Part shown: piece after piece, positions 52,792 through 64,000 of the stretch
Layout: each line of letters starts with the position of its first letter
Numbering within the stretch: the first letter of the stretch is position 1
Assembly (NCBI RefSeq): GCF_006345805.1
Contig: NC_043006.1
Coordinates: forward strand, 41,726,001 to 41,790,000
Reading direction: 5' to 3'
Length of the DNA: 64,000 bases
From: Octopus sinensis
Taxonomy: Eukaryota
Notes under the pieces: generated by a model
What the model saw: the letters and a program-made list of their open reading frames with translations, nothing else
Databases searched by the model: none
Told to the model about the DNA's origin: nothing
Position numbers and translations under genes: made by a program

Positions 52792-52977
52792 TAAATAATA
52801 TCTTTATAAACATACCTGAAATGCTTTGTGAGTTACGGGGAGAAAACTACTATGGAAGGCTCATAGTATAATATTATGTACATTTATTATACAGTTATTA
52901 TGCTATGAACCTTCCATAGTAGCTTTCTCTCCGTAACTCGCAAAGCCTTTTGGGTTTGTTTATAAAAATATTATTTA
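52792..52977. repeat. Hairpin/MITE-like inverted repeat, ~82-bp arms, ~21-nt spacer
   Basis: gctttgtgagttacggggagaaaactactatggaagg / ccttccatagtagctttctctccgtaactcgcaaagc; about 10 mismatches. Confidence 0.9.
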
Positions 52978-52989
52978 TGGATATATATA

Positions 52990-53024
<35 letters not shown>

Positions 53025-54242
53025 GATTAATAATAAAAGAGTAAGAATAGAGATATTATTTACATCATTTTAAGACAATGTTCATAGAATGATTATTTTT
53101 TGTTCGATAGTGTACAAAATATTACATAACCAAACCATTTAATCAGACATCTCCCTGCAGTTAAGAAGCGTATTGATCTTTGAAAAATCAGACACCGTGT
53201 TCCTGGGAGATATATCTGAGTACTTGTTCATGTGTACGTGTGTGTGAGTTTAAATTCATACACAGCACAGCAATCCTGTTTTCATCACCTACAACCTCAC
53301 CTTTCCAGCCGCACACTAATTACTATGACCTGCTCTTTCTAGACTGATTATTATAGCCGTCTGTCATACTGACAGCGTTCACGTTTCCTCATTCGTCGTT
53401 AATATAGAGAAATTCAATTCGAACTCAATACTCATCGATTTCAGCTTTTGCCTCCCTGTCTTTCGCTATAACAAAAATGAGAATTACAACATCCGCCATA
53501 TGTCGCGCAGGTCGTAAACTTGGAAACCTACAACATCGAGAGTATGGAGAAATAAAATAAAAGCGAAACACTTCCAAGGAGAATAATTTCTATGCATAAA
53601 GACCATTGCAGAATACTGTAGAGGAGAATATAAAGCAATATCAAAAGTTTAAGAAACACAATAGAAGAACACAAGCGAATTCAAATAGATATAATTAAAA
53701 TGTATAGAGGCCTTAAATATATAATTCTCTGTAGCAATATCGGCCTTACCTAGTCAAACGATATTATAACTGTGGTATTGTATTCTCTTTGATGTCTGAG
53801 TCCAACCTACAGATAGCGAAAGTGAAACGTATACCAAGCCTCGGAAACATACACTTGAACGGTTAAAAACAATGTATTCAGACCGTTCAGACATTGAAAC
53901 AAAAGAAATAAATATAACGGAACATATGATTTCTTTCTTTACCACCCATAAAGAAATCTGTACATGCAGGCATACATATGTATGCATACACACACACAAA
54001 CACACACACATACATACACACACACTCACAAACATATATATATATACATATATATATATGTATATATATACATATATATATATACATATATATATATGTA
54101 TATATACATGTATATACATATATATATGTATATATACATGTATATACATATATATATATGTATATATATGTATATATACATATATATATGTATATGTATG
54201 TATATACATATATACATATACATGTATATACATATATATATT

Positions 54243-54295
<53 letters not shown>

Positions 54296-54859
54296 ATAGA
54301 TACGTGAATGATTGAATAACTCATACGTTTATGCAAGTTCGTTTCATTGAATGTCTGGATATATACAGATATAAACTAAATAGATCTGCTGTCAGTATTG
54401 ACGATGATCATTTCTCTCCAGATAGCTTGTTGCGTCTTCCGAAATACTTATACATTGAATGTAAGAGTCAAAGACTCACTGTCACAGAGTATCTGGCAAA
54501 CTGACCCATGGTATTACAAGTACGTGGCACCAGCCGTGTTTCCACGCAGCTTTCACATAACAAATTTTTGTAAGAAATTATTATGTACCTCTGAGAGTAG
54601 AGTGAATGTTGTTTTTATCACAAATCCATACTGTGATCTAATTCTTCATCTCATTATTCCACAACAAATTTATTAACCATTGCGTACATAAACACACACA
54701 CACACGCACACACATATACACACATACAGTCAAACACACAACATACATGCATATATATGTAAATATGTACATATATATGTGTATAGAAATACATACATAT
54801 ATATATTTATATATATATACACATATATATTTATCTATCTGTCTATCTGTCTACCTCTT

Positions 54860-54904
<45 letters not shown>

Positions 54905-54962
54905 ATACATACATGTGTGTATATATATACACACATATATGTATACATGCATATATATATAT

Positions 54963-55184
54963 TACTCTTTTTTTTACTTGTTTCAGTCATGTGACTGAGG
55001 CCATGCTGGAGTACCACCTTTATTGGAGCAAATCGACTGCAGGAATTATTCTTTGGAAGCCTAGTACTTATTCTATCGGTCTCTTTTGCCTAACCGTCAT
55101 GCTATGGGGACGTAAACACACCAGCATCGGTTGTCAAGCGATGTTGAGGGGGACAAACACAGACACTAACAAACACACACATAC

Positions 55185-55229
<45 letters not shown>

Positions 55230-55390
55230 ATATACGTCGGGCTTCTTTCCGTTTACATCTACCAAGTCCACTCACACGGCTTTGGTCGGACCGAGGGTAT
55301 AGTAGAAGACACTTGCCGAAAGTGCCACGCAGTGGGTCTGAAGCCGGAAAAATGGGGTTCGCAAGCAAGCTACTGACCACACGGCCACTC
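54963..55390 (-). mobile_element. Full-length SINE family A
   Basis: Revcomp of the family consensus. Confidence 0.9.
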
Positions 55391-55855
55391 ATATCAACAC
55401 TATATTATAAGATGGCAGCGCTAAGCAGTGTGGTGTACAAATACAAGGTTATCGTCATTGAGATGAGAGAGACGAGGAAACAATTTATATGCATACGTAT
55501 AAATATATATGTGTGTCTATGTGTATGTATCAATATATAATTATATATGAATATGTATACTCGGATATTCACATCGATAAAGGTATGTGCATATAATCGA
55601 ATGGAAACTAGCTACTAGCGCAGATTTTTCATAAATATACATACCTAGATATAACACATGCATACCTATATATATATATATGTATATATATTGGCAAGAT
55701 CAGCCCTTATGAACGTATAATACTATACTATTTGGATAATATATATATAACATATATCATACATATGTATATATATTACATATATTATATGTACATATAT
55801 ATAATATATATATATATGTGATACATATATATATATATATAATATATAATATGTA

Positions 55856-55916
<61 letters not shown>

Positions 55917-55960
55917 TAATATATATGTTATATATAAATAATATATATACAGTGTATGTA

Positions 55961-55997
<37 letters not shown>

Positions 55998-56008
55998 ATT
56001 ATATATAT

Positions 56009-56048
<40 letters not shown>

Positions 56049-56834
56049 CGTAATATATGCAATATATATATATATATGTATGTAGTTACATATATGTAGC
56101 TACTGGCACTTTCATGTATATGTGTATACGTATATATATGTATATATTTTCATGTATACGTGTGCACACACACTCACAACGCATATATGTATATAATCTT
56201 CTATGTGATTATGTGATTGGGTTTTTATATATTTCTGAATTGGTACGCTTTCACTCAGCCACATAAATATATACTAAACTGAAATAAAAACAAAAAGGAA
56301 ACGAACTCTCAACTCGGGAATGTGTACTTCAAGGAGAACATTTGCATTTCGTTTATTACACTACAAATATTTCACTGTGCAAAATTTTTGTTTCTATATT
56401 TCTCTTCATTTGTATTCATTGGTTCTTTTCTTTCCGCTTCTTTTCGTCTTCTTACATTGTAATTAGATGACCGTGAGGATAAAGCCGTTTCTTCCCCCAT
56501 AATAAGGACCTTTAAAAGAAGAAAGGAACTAGATCAATAAACAAAACAATTTTTCTTTTCGTGGTTCATTACATACTGTTGTATTGCTTGATATACTTTT
56601 GTTCCTGTACTTGTTCTATATATACATACATAAATACACACACACACGCATAGACTTAAACAGACAGCCACCCCCCACAAACACACATGCATACATCCAC
56701 AAAGACATAAACACAGATATTGCTTGTATTGCCGTTACTGGTCGAGGCGTTCTACTTTGTTTCAAAATGTATTCTTTTGCCAGCAACGCATATATACATA
56801 CATACACGTCTGTATTTATACACATGCGTGTATA

Positions 56835-56871
<37 letters not shown>

Positions 56872-56875
<4 letters not shown>

Positions 56876-57014
56876 ACATATATACTTATACATTTACAAT
56901 AATATATGTATGTAGACATATATAATGCACATGTATAAATATATATAAAGACATATATATACATACATTTACAATAATATATGTATGTAGACATATATAA
57001 TGTACATGTATATA

Positions 57015-57015
<1 letters not shown>
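56872..57015. repeat. ~75-bp tandem duplication
   Basis: aagacatatata..atacatttacaataatatatgtatgtagacatatataatg(c/t)acatgtata present twice. Confidence 0.85.
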
Positions 57016-57056
<41 letters not shown>

Positions 57057-57484
57057 AAATATATATATATATGTTACTCGAGCATAAAAGCATGCGTAAG
57101 AACATTATATTTAAGTGTATTTATAGTTGTTTTATATCTCAATTATTTTAATATCCTATTTTCGTTTTCTTTATTAAATCATTCACTTAGAAGAACTCGT
57201 TAATACTACTTTTGCACCTCTTACCGAATCGGTAATGCATGTGTGTATATGTGTATATATTATGAGTGCATGTGTGTGTGGGTGGGGTGATTGACACAGA
57301 TTTACAAATATATAAAGAATTATATACCGGCTCTTAATGAGCCTGTCCCTTTTTAATCGAACTGAAATTCAAACGAAATTCACTGTTTCGTCACATCAGT
57401 ATTAAGTGCTATATGTAATGAATGTCAAATACAATCATGGTTTGGCTTATATATCATTTTGCATAAGAAAGTCAAGTATTAATG

Positions 57485-57870
57485 CAGGCGTGACTCTGTG
57501 GTAAGAAACTTGCTTCTCAACCACATGGATCCGGGTTATTTCGCTTCGGCAGGTGTCTTCTACTATAGCCTCGTACTGATCAAAGCCTTGTGAGTGGATC
57601 TGGCAGACGAAACTGAAAGAACCCGTCGTGTATACTTTACATACATATATATATATATCATCTGTGTGTGTGTATGTATGTATATGTGTGGTCCTAATGA
57701 GGGATTGACAACCGGTGTTGGTATTTACGTCCCCCGCAACCTGGCACTTTGGCAAAAAGAGACCGATAAAAATAAGTTCTAGGGGCGATTTGTTCGACTA
57801 AAACTCTTGGGGGCCGTGCTCCATCAAGGCAACAGTCGAAAATGACTGAAATAAGTAAAAAGGATAAAAG
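57485..57870 (+). mobile_element. SINE family A, diverged
   Basis: gtggtaagaaacttgcttctcaaccacatgg...ggcaaaaagagaccgata...gactgaaataagtaaaa. Confidence 0.85.
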
Positions 57871-57963
57871 AATAAGAGAGCTTGTGTATAAAAGGGACCC
57901 AGTATATGCCTCAGTAGACTGTTAGAAATAACATTAAACCTCCTCAGAACTACAACATAGTAG

Positions 57964-58150
57964 AATTTCAATTCCTTGGATGACATAAAAAGATACCTTG
58001 ATGAATTCTTTACCATGAAACCACCTCAATTCTGACAAGAGGGTATTTTCAAGCTAAAGAAAAGCTGGAGACGCATTGTGCAACAAAATGGTTCATATTT
58101 GGTTAATAAAAAATGTAATAGCAAGTATTTATTGACCTTTTTCTTTCCTT
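57964..58150 (+). mobile_element. Second mariner C-terminal remnant (no TIR)
   Basis: High by-eye similarity to 34009-34195; same 5' start aatttcaattccttggatgac. Confidence 0.85.
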
Positions 58151-58628
58151 GACAACTCAATATATACATTTAAGGACTGCATGATCATAGTTGTATCGTC
58201 TTTGAATATAAGTCTACCGAATTATGGATGACTGGGAGCTTAAAACCGTCATAGCGATAAGTTATATAATGTTTTCATTCAATAACTTATATAAACAGTT
58301 CTAGGTACGATGTAGAATACTGATCTTCGTATACATAGATGTTCGAAAAGACACATGTACCTTCTTTTAATATCTCAATAGACGGTCTATGCTTGCTATA
58401 GAAAGGTTTTTTTTCTTTAACTTTGTATACTGTCATCATAGTGAGTCCAGTCAATTCTATTTTCATGTAATTTAACATTTGTTCATGGCTGAAAATAAAT
58501 GGTAAGAGGAATATGTGACGGTAGATGGGAAGAATACATGAAGAACAATGGAAACACACGCAACGACACATACACACTTACACGCACGAACACACACGGA
58601 TAGACGCACGCATATATATATATATATA

Positions 58629-58666
<38 letters not shown>

Positions 58667-58741
58667 ACGAAAGGAAGTTTTCTTTAAAAGACGTCTAAAA
58701 TGGAAAATAATTTTGAATAATTCTCTCTCTTCCCTCCCTCC

Positions 58742-58772
<31 letters not shown>

Positions 58773-58839
58773 CCTGTCAATACCATACACTTTTGATAAT
58801 CAAACCTGAAACAAATTTAGGTTATTGATCAATAGATAC

Positions 58840-58970
58840 ATACATACGTACATACAAACATACATACGTACATACAAACATACATACGTACATACAAACA
58901 TACATACGTACATACAAACATACATACGTACATACAAACATACATACGTACATACAAACATACATACATA
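58840..58970. repeat. 20-bp minisatellite (catacatacgtacatacaaa)n, about 6 copies
   Basis: Directly visible. Confidence 0.9.
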
Positions 58971-61766
58971 TATTGATTGAAATAAACTTTAAATGCATAC
59001 TTATAAATTTTCGATGTATTGTCAGCTTCATTTAATTCTTATATACTATTAATTGTTTGAATTAATAACTAATTAATTAACTTCACACAAACACATACAC
59101 ACACATACATATATATACATACATACGTACATTCTTTTTTTAATCCTCCACACCCTAGTTAACAAAGAACTTACTACATCTATGAACTAAAATTTATATT
59201 ATTAAGAAATGAAAAAAATAATAAATTTAACTGATTAGAACTAGCAGTAAAGTCATTCGTTTTGTTTTTCCAAATATACCCAAGTGTACCAATGATCTCA
59301 CACATTCTCCAATATATATATATATATATATAGATGACAAAATTTGCCTTACGAATAAAGAGGAACAGCCTAGACCCCAACCCAGATAACGATATCCATG
59401 TATCGCAACTGTGTAACTGAGTACCGTATAATATTTCTGAATGTCCGCACAACAAAACCACAAATGTATAGTGGTGAGGCTTACTAATAATTCCACCACA
59501 TAGCCAATGGGAATCGGGAGAAGATTTGTAGTCCTCGTATGATATGCTATGATGCTAGACCAGAGAAAATTGAAAAAAATTAGTTAATAAACTTCTGATA
59601 CACTAAACTACTCTCATGTGTACATTTATTTCTACATTTAAAGGTTCGATTATTTTTTTTTAAATGTCGCCTTATTGAATTGATGTCAGCATTGAGCATA
59701 CTGATTTGCTTTCAGCAATTTTTACATAGGTACCTACTTAGGTTTTGTAAGTTTCCTCCGTGATTGTCTTAGATATTTCAGTCCTCCTTTCGAATTCCAA
59801 ATTCTAAGTGCATTTAGATTGAATCAACTTCGAAACTATGAGGACATCCAGAAATACAATTCGATCTGAGATCTAACAGATTGTAGATATTTAAATATAT
59901 TTAAACATTTTCCATTGCAATGCATGAAGTTAATACGAAATATAATTTTATTAATTGTGACTCATCTTCCTTCCTTTCTGAATGTCTGGTTTCCGCCGTG
60001 CCCTGAGCCTATTATTCATTACCTACTTGAAGACTGCTGATTTATGGGACTGGCACACTAACGAAATATTTCTCTGATATTCCCAAATATTCTTCTACTA
60101 TTTTTACCTTTTAGTTACCCCAGACAAAAACTACAACAACAACAACAAAAAGAATGTAGAGCTACAATTCCCTCAAAGCAGACAATGCAACAAAGTTTCA
60201 ATTTCCAATTAATACGATTGTACTGTTATATTTCATGAAATTACTAAGACACATTCTTCTCTAGTGCTATTTTTGAAATATAAGGAATTAGTTCGGCGGC
60301 AAAATTGAAGTCAGTATTTATTATATCAATATCTATAACAAAGAGTGGAATGCATGTTCTTAGAATTATGCAAATCAGTCACAGATAATATTCTAAGAGT
60401 GTGTGTAATAGTCCTTTCTATGAGTCAGTTAATATATATGTGTTCATGATATTCGAAACTGCTGGCAACTAATCTGGCTTGTAAGAAAAATGTGATATGA
60501 TGTTATATGATAATTTGACATATTTAACATGGCATATGATATATGGTATCTGGATTTGTGAGATAACGGTTTGATTTATTCTTCAAGGCCTATTGGTCTT
60601 TGCATCTCCATGTTTTATATTATGCAAAGACGGACAAATACGTTAGACCAGTGTGTAATTTGCTTTGTATTTGACAGTCTATTATATAGGAATGTATACA
60701 TACATGAATATATGTATAATTTAGTATATTTACAGATGCATACAGAAGCATGCGCGCGCACACACACATACAGACACAAAAACACGGATACAAACGCACA
60801 CTCGCTCACTAATACGCCCTCTATCTCGCTCACCAGCACGTACTTATCACAATTACGCATGCAATCAAAGAGACAAGCACACTATTCTTGCATACAAACA
60901 TACACAGGGATATACAGATCATTATCATTATTTCCAGCAGTCCGTCGATAATAGACGATGACTATCCATAATTGCAGGCATGAGTTGTATTGGCAGAGTA
61001 AGTAGATCTCCGCTACGAGTTTTCGTCCTACGTTGCTGTAGTCCCACTGTGAATATCATTCTCTGCTTATACAGCATCCTCGTAGATTAGTCGGGATTTA
61101 TTCTGATTTCCTACAATCAGCCCATATCTCGAGACTTTCCTTTGTTTCTTGACAAATACCCGAGACAGCGACGTATTTCTTGCAGTATTTACTCTTTCTT
61201 CTTAGGAAATTAGACGTTATATAAGATCTCACCGAGAGTGTATTACACACGCATCCTGCAATTTACGGAATCAGGTCACCTACATCCCTGATGTTCCTTC
61301 TCCTTTGAAAGCACGTTGAGTTTCAAATACAAAAATTTGAGACGACTCAAATACTAAAAAGAAAGACAACTCCGAAGTGAATAAGAAACCAATCAAAATA
61401 TTTTGAATGCTGGCGCCTTCTGTCTTCTCACCTGTAGCAAAATACTAATCAGAGACGCTAAGTAATGAGCTGGCGCTGATGAAACATTAACTGCTTCGAA
61501 ATGCATGCATACATCAACCCGGAAGAGAGCGCTTCAAACTCGCAATGGTGTGTTTATATCTTCCTGTATACAGTGAGAATATTTCCATCACAGATTGCAG
61601 TGAAGAGCCTTCTGAATGTTGCAAACATTTCTGAAAATATTTGAACTGTGAACTGCAAATTTATATCTACCGCCATCACAGCTTAACGCTCCCAATTTAT
61701 ATATTTGTGTGTTTGTGTGTGTATGTATGTGTACGTAAATGCGTGTATGTATACATATATACATGC

Positions 61767-61797
<31 letters not shown>

Positions 61798-61843
61798 ATA
61801 TGAATGCATGTGTATATATATATATAAGTATATATATATATAT

Positions 61844-62309
61844 TCTACGTCACTTTACATCCTTCTATTCTTAGATAAACTATTACACATTCAAATTTGC
61901 GCTCTTGCTTGTAAATTGTGCTTAAATATCTATAATTCTTGTGCAATTATTTTCACATACAGTTTCTTATATGTGAGAGGAAACACACATGGATACGTAT
62001 TTGATTTAAATATTCAACCATATATTTGTGTGTTTGTGTGTATGTACATACGCATATGTATATATATATATATAATATATATATATATATATACATATGC
62101 GTATGTACATACACACAAACACACAAATATATGGTTGAATATTTAAATCAAATACGTATCCATGTGTGTTTCCTCTCACATATAAGAAACTGTATGTGAA
62201 AATAATTGCACAAGAATTATAGATATTTAAGCACAAATTTACAAGCAAGAGCGCAAATTTGAATGTGTAATAGTTTATCTAAGAATAGAAGGATGTAAAG
62301 TGACGTAGA
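61844..62309. repeat. Near-perfect 466-bp palindrome centred on (TA)n
   Basis: tctacgtcactttacatcc ... ggatgtaaagtgacgtaga; one T-run indel between arms outside the TA centre. Confidence 0.97.
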
Positions 62310-63789
62310 GGAGGAATGAGGCTGCATGACTGAGAGAAAAAGAGGTATTTTTCTATACATTTGTGGTTTTGTTGTGCGGACATTCAGAAATAATGGCGAT
62401 TAAACAAATGTTAAATTAAAATTTTAAGCAATCCTCTATTTAGTAGAAAAGCATTTAGAGTTTGAAAGATATGAGATAGTGAAACAGAAAGAGAGTATGG
62501 AGCAGATAAATAACGAAAGGAAGGCAGACAGAAAAGAACAAAAAGATGAGGATTAAATGGTTAAGAACGAAACAAGCAACGAAAATATACAAGCGAAGAA
62601 TTAATGAATGGAATATTAAAATGAAAGACTGAAAAGAAACGGGGTAGAATGAGAGAGAAAACTTGAAGATTTAGTCATAGAACAGGCTTAGAAATATAGA
62701 AAGATTGACAGCAGTGAACAAAAGCAGAATATTTAAACTGGAAATGGGATTTAAAACTAATCAAATATAAAATCCAAATATTTAGAGAATTACAACAAAT
62801 GAAGGTCTGTTTCAAAGAACATTATCCCCTATTCTAAGAAATTCAAAAAATAATATCAAAATGGCGATTCCTATTGTTAAAGTGGCGTGGTTATTTATAA
62901 TGAATCTAGGAAGAATTATGCATATAAGATTAATTAGATTAAATTTAAGTCAAATCGTTTCGTGGCAAGCATAAAGAGTAAACATTAGAACTAGATGTTT
63001 TCCTATCAATTCAATTATAAAGTTGCAGAGAGAGATGTATTTTGTTTCTATTTTTTCCCCAATACTATAATCACTTTTGAAAGATTGGATTTAAGCAACG
63101 ACTTCATGTTGGTTCTTCTCATCTCTTACCTCTTTTTTCTTATGAGAAGGCGTGGAAAGACATCGATATATCGATATGATAGGGCTTAATATACGTATAT
63201 CAACAATATCACTGAAACAAAATAATACTAGGAAGCGATCTGGGGGGAAAAAAACAAGTTATTCTTTAAAATGTGTAATCCACTCGTAGTCATTAACTAT
63301 GCTTATAGAAAATAGTTATCATTTTCAATTTAATAAATTGATTTGAGTTCATTACTTTATTTGGAGTTTTTGTTTATGAATGCCTGAATTGTAAAGGACT
63401 TTGCTTACAACTATGATATTCCGAGTTAGATTCCGTGTGACATCTTATGCAACTGAAATTTTCTATAGCTATGTTTTACCCATAGCATGGAGTGAAATTC
63501 CATAGATGGAAACTGTACAGAAGCTCATCGGATGGATTATATCTCTTAATCCAACGTTCGGACAAGCTTGTCATACATTGAGTTGATTCTGCCAGAGAAT
63601 TATGCTAAGTGTACATGTCTCAGTGGGATACTCAACCACTTATACGTAAGTCCAATTAACAGGTAATGTTGCTGATCGCAAAACTTAATGCTTATCATGA
63701 AATCACACGAGAAATTTATATGTAAATATGTGTATGTATAGATGCATATGTTATGTACATCTATGTATTAATGTACATATGTGTGCATG

Positions 63790-64000
63790 TCATCCGGTTG
63801 CTCTACTTGCGCGGATTCCTTTGCCCCTTTGTCGCCATCCAGTTCTACTATTCATCATAATCGGTATATCAGATGGATTGCATTTTACATAATCACAAAT
63901 CTGCTTATCGTCTTCTGCTAGCTCTTTAGTCATATGTCCCCATGAAAGAATTTCACTGACACTTTCGTCTTTAGCACTCCAGCAATGCTCTGCGAATTTG
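63790..64000 (-). mobile_element. RTEX/RTE-like LINE 3' end (continues beyond the window)
   Basis: KFAEHCWSAKDESVSEILSW...DIPIMMNSRTGWRQRGKGIRASRATG*, resembling the AGHCWRSKDE.VS.VLLW...DR.GWR.RV..IRA consensus. Confidence 0.75.

Noticed and set aside
61420-61460. Minus-strand ttttgctacag|gtgag, resembling a recursive splice site (also cctaacag|gtgaac near 38240)
   Set aside because: Such heptamers are expected several times by chance in 64 kb, and there is no gene context
61470-61515. ctgatga...gaaa hammerhead-like string
   Set aside because: Stems I and II do not pair

Overview
AT-rich, microsatellite-saturated eukaryotic DNA with no protein-coding gene I can support. It looks like intergenic or deep intronic sequence. 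The three recurring tRNA-derived SINE families and the (TA)n/(AAT)n/(ATCT)n landscape resemble Octopus (coleoid cephalopod) DNA; this is recognition and inference, not a database result. Nearly all listed ORFs are microsatellite or low-complexity artefacts. Supportable content: (1) a 5'-truncated, degenerate Penelope-like retroelement of the Naiad type at ~24.1-27.5 kb, with RT YMDD motif and thumb, a GIY-YIG endonuclease, inverted pseudo-LTRs, a type I hammerhead ribozyme and two long in-frame Asn-rich inserts; (2) two further hammerhead families, one as a near-perfect 328-bp palindrome carrying a hammerhead on each strand (36.7-37.0 kb) and one truncated (52.35 kb); (3) LINE fragments (R4/Dong, RTE, RTEX), two mariner tails, a MITE and HINE/Helentron-like elements; (4) about 30 SINE copies; (5) an unusual number of inverted duplications: a tRNA-like fold-back (4.4-5.0 kb), an old ~1.5-kb inverted repeat (28.4-29.9 kb), and a near-perfect 466-bp palindrome centred on (TA)n with a 40-bp templated inverted insertion beside it (61.8-62.4 kb). 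All alignments and translations were done by eye, so end coordinates are approximate unless stated as exact.
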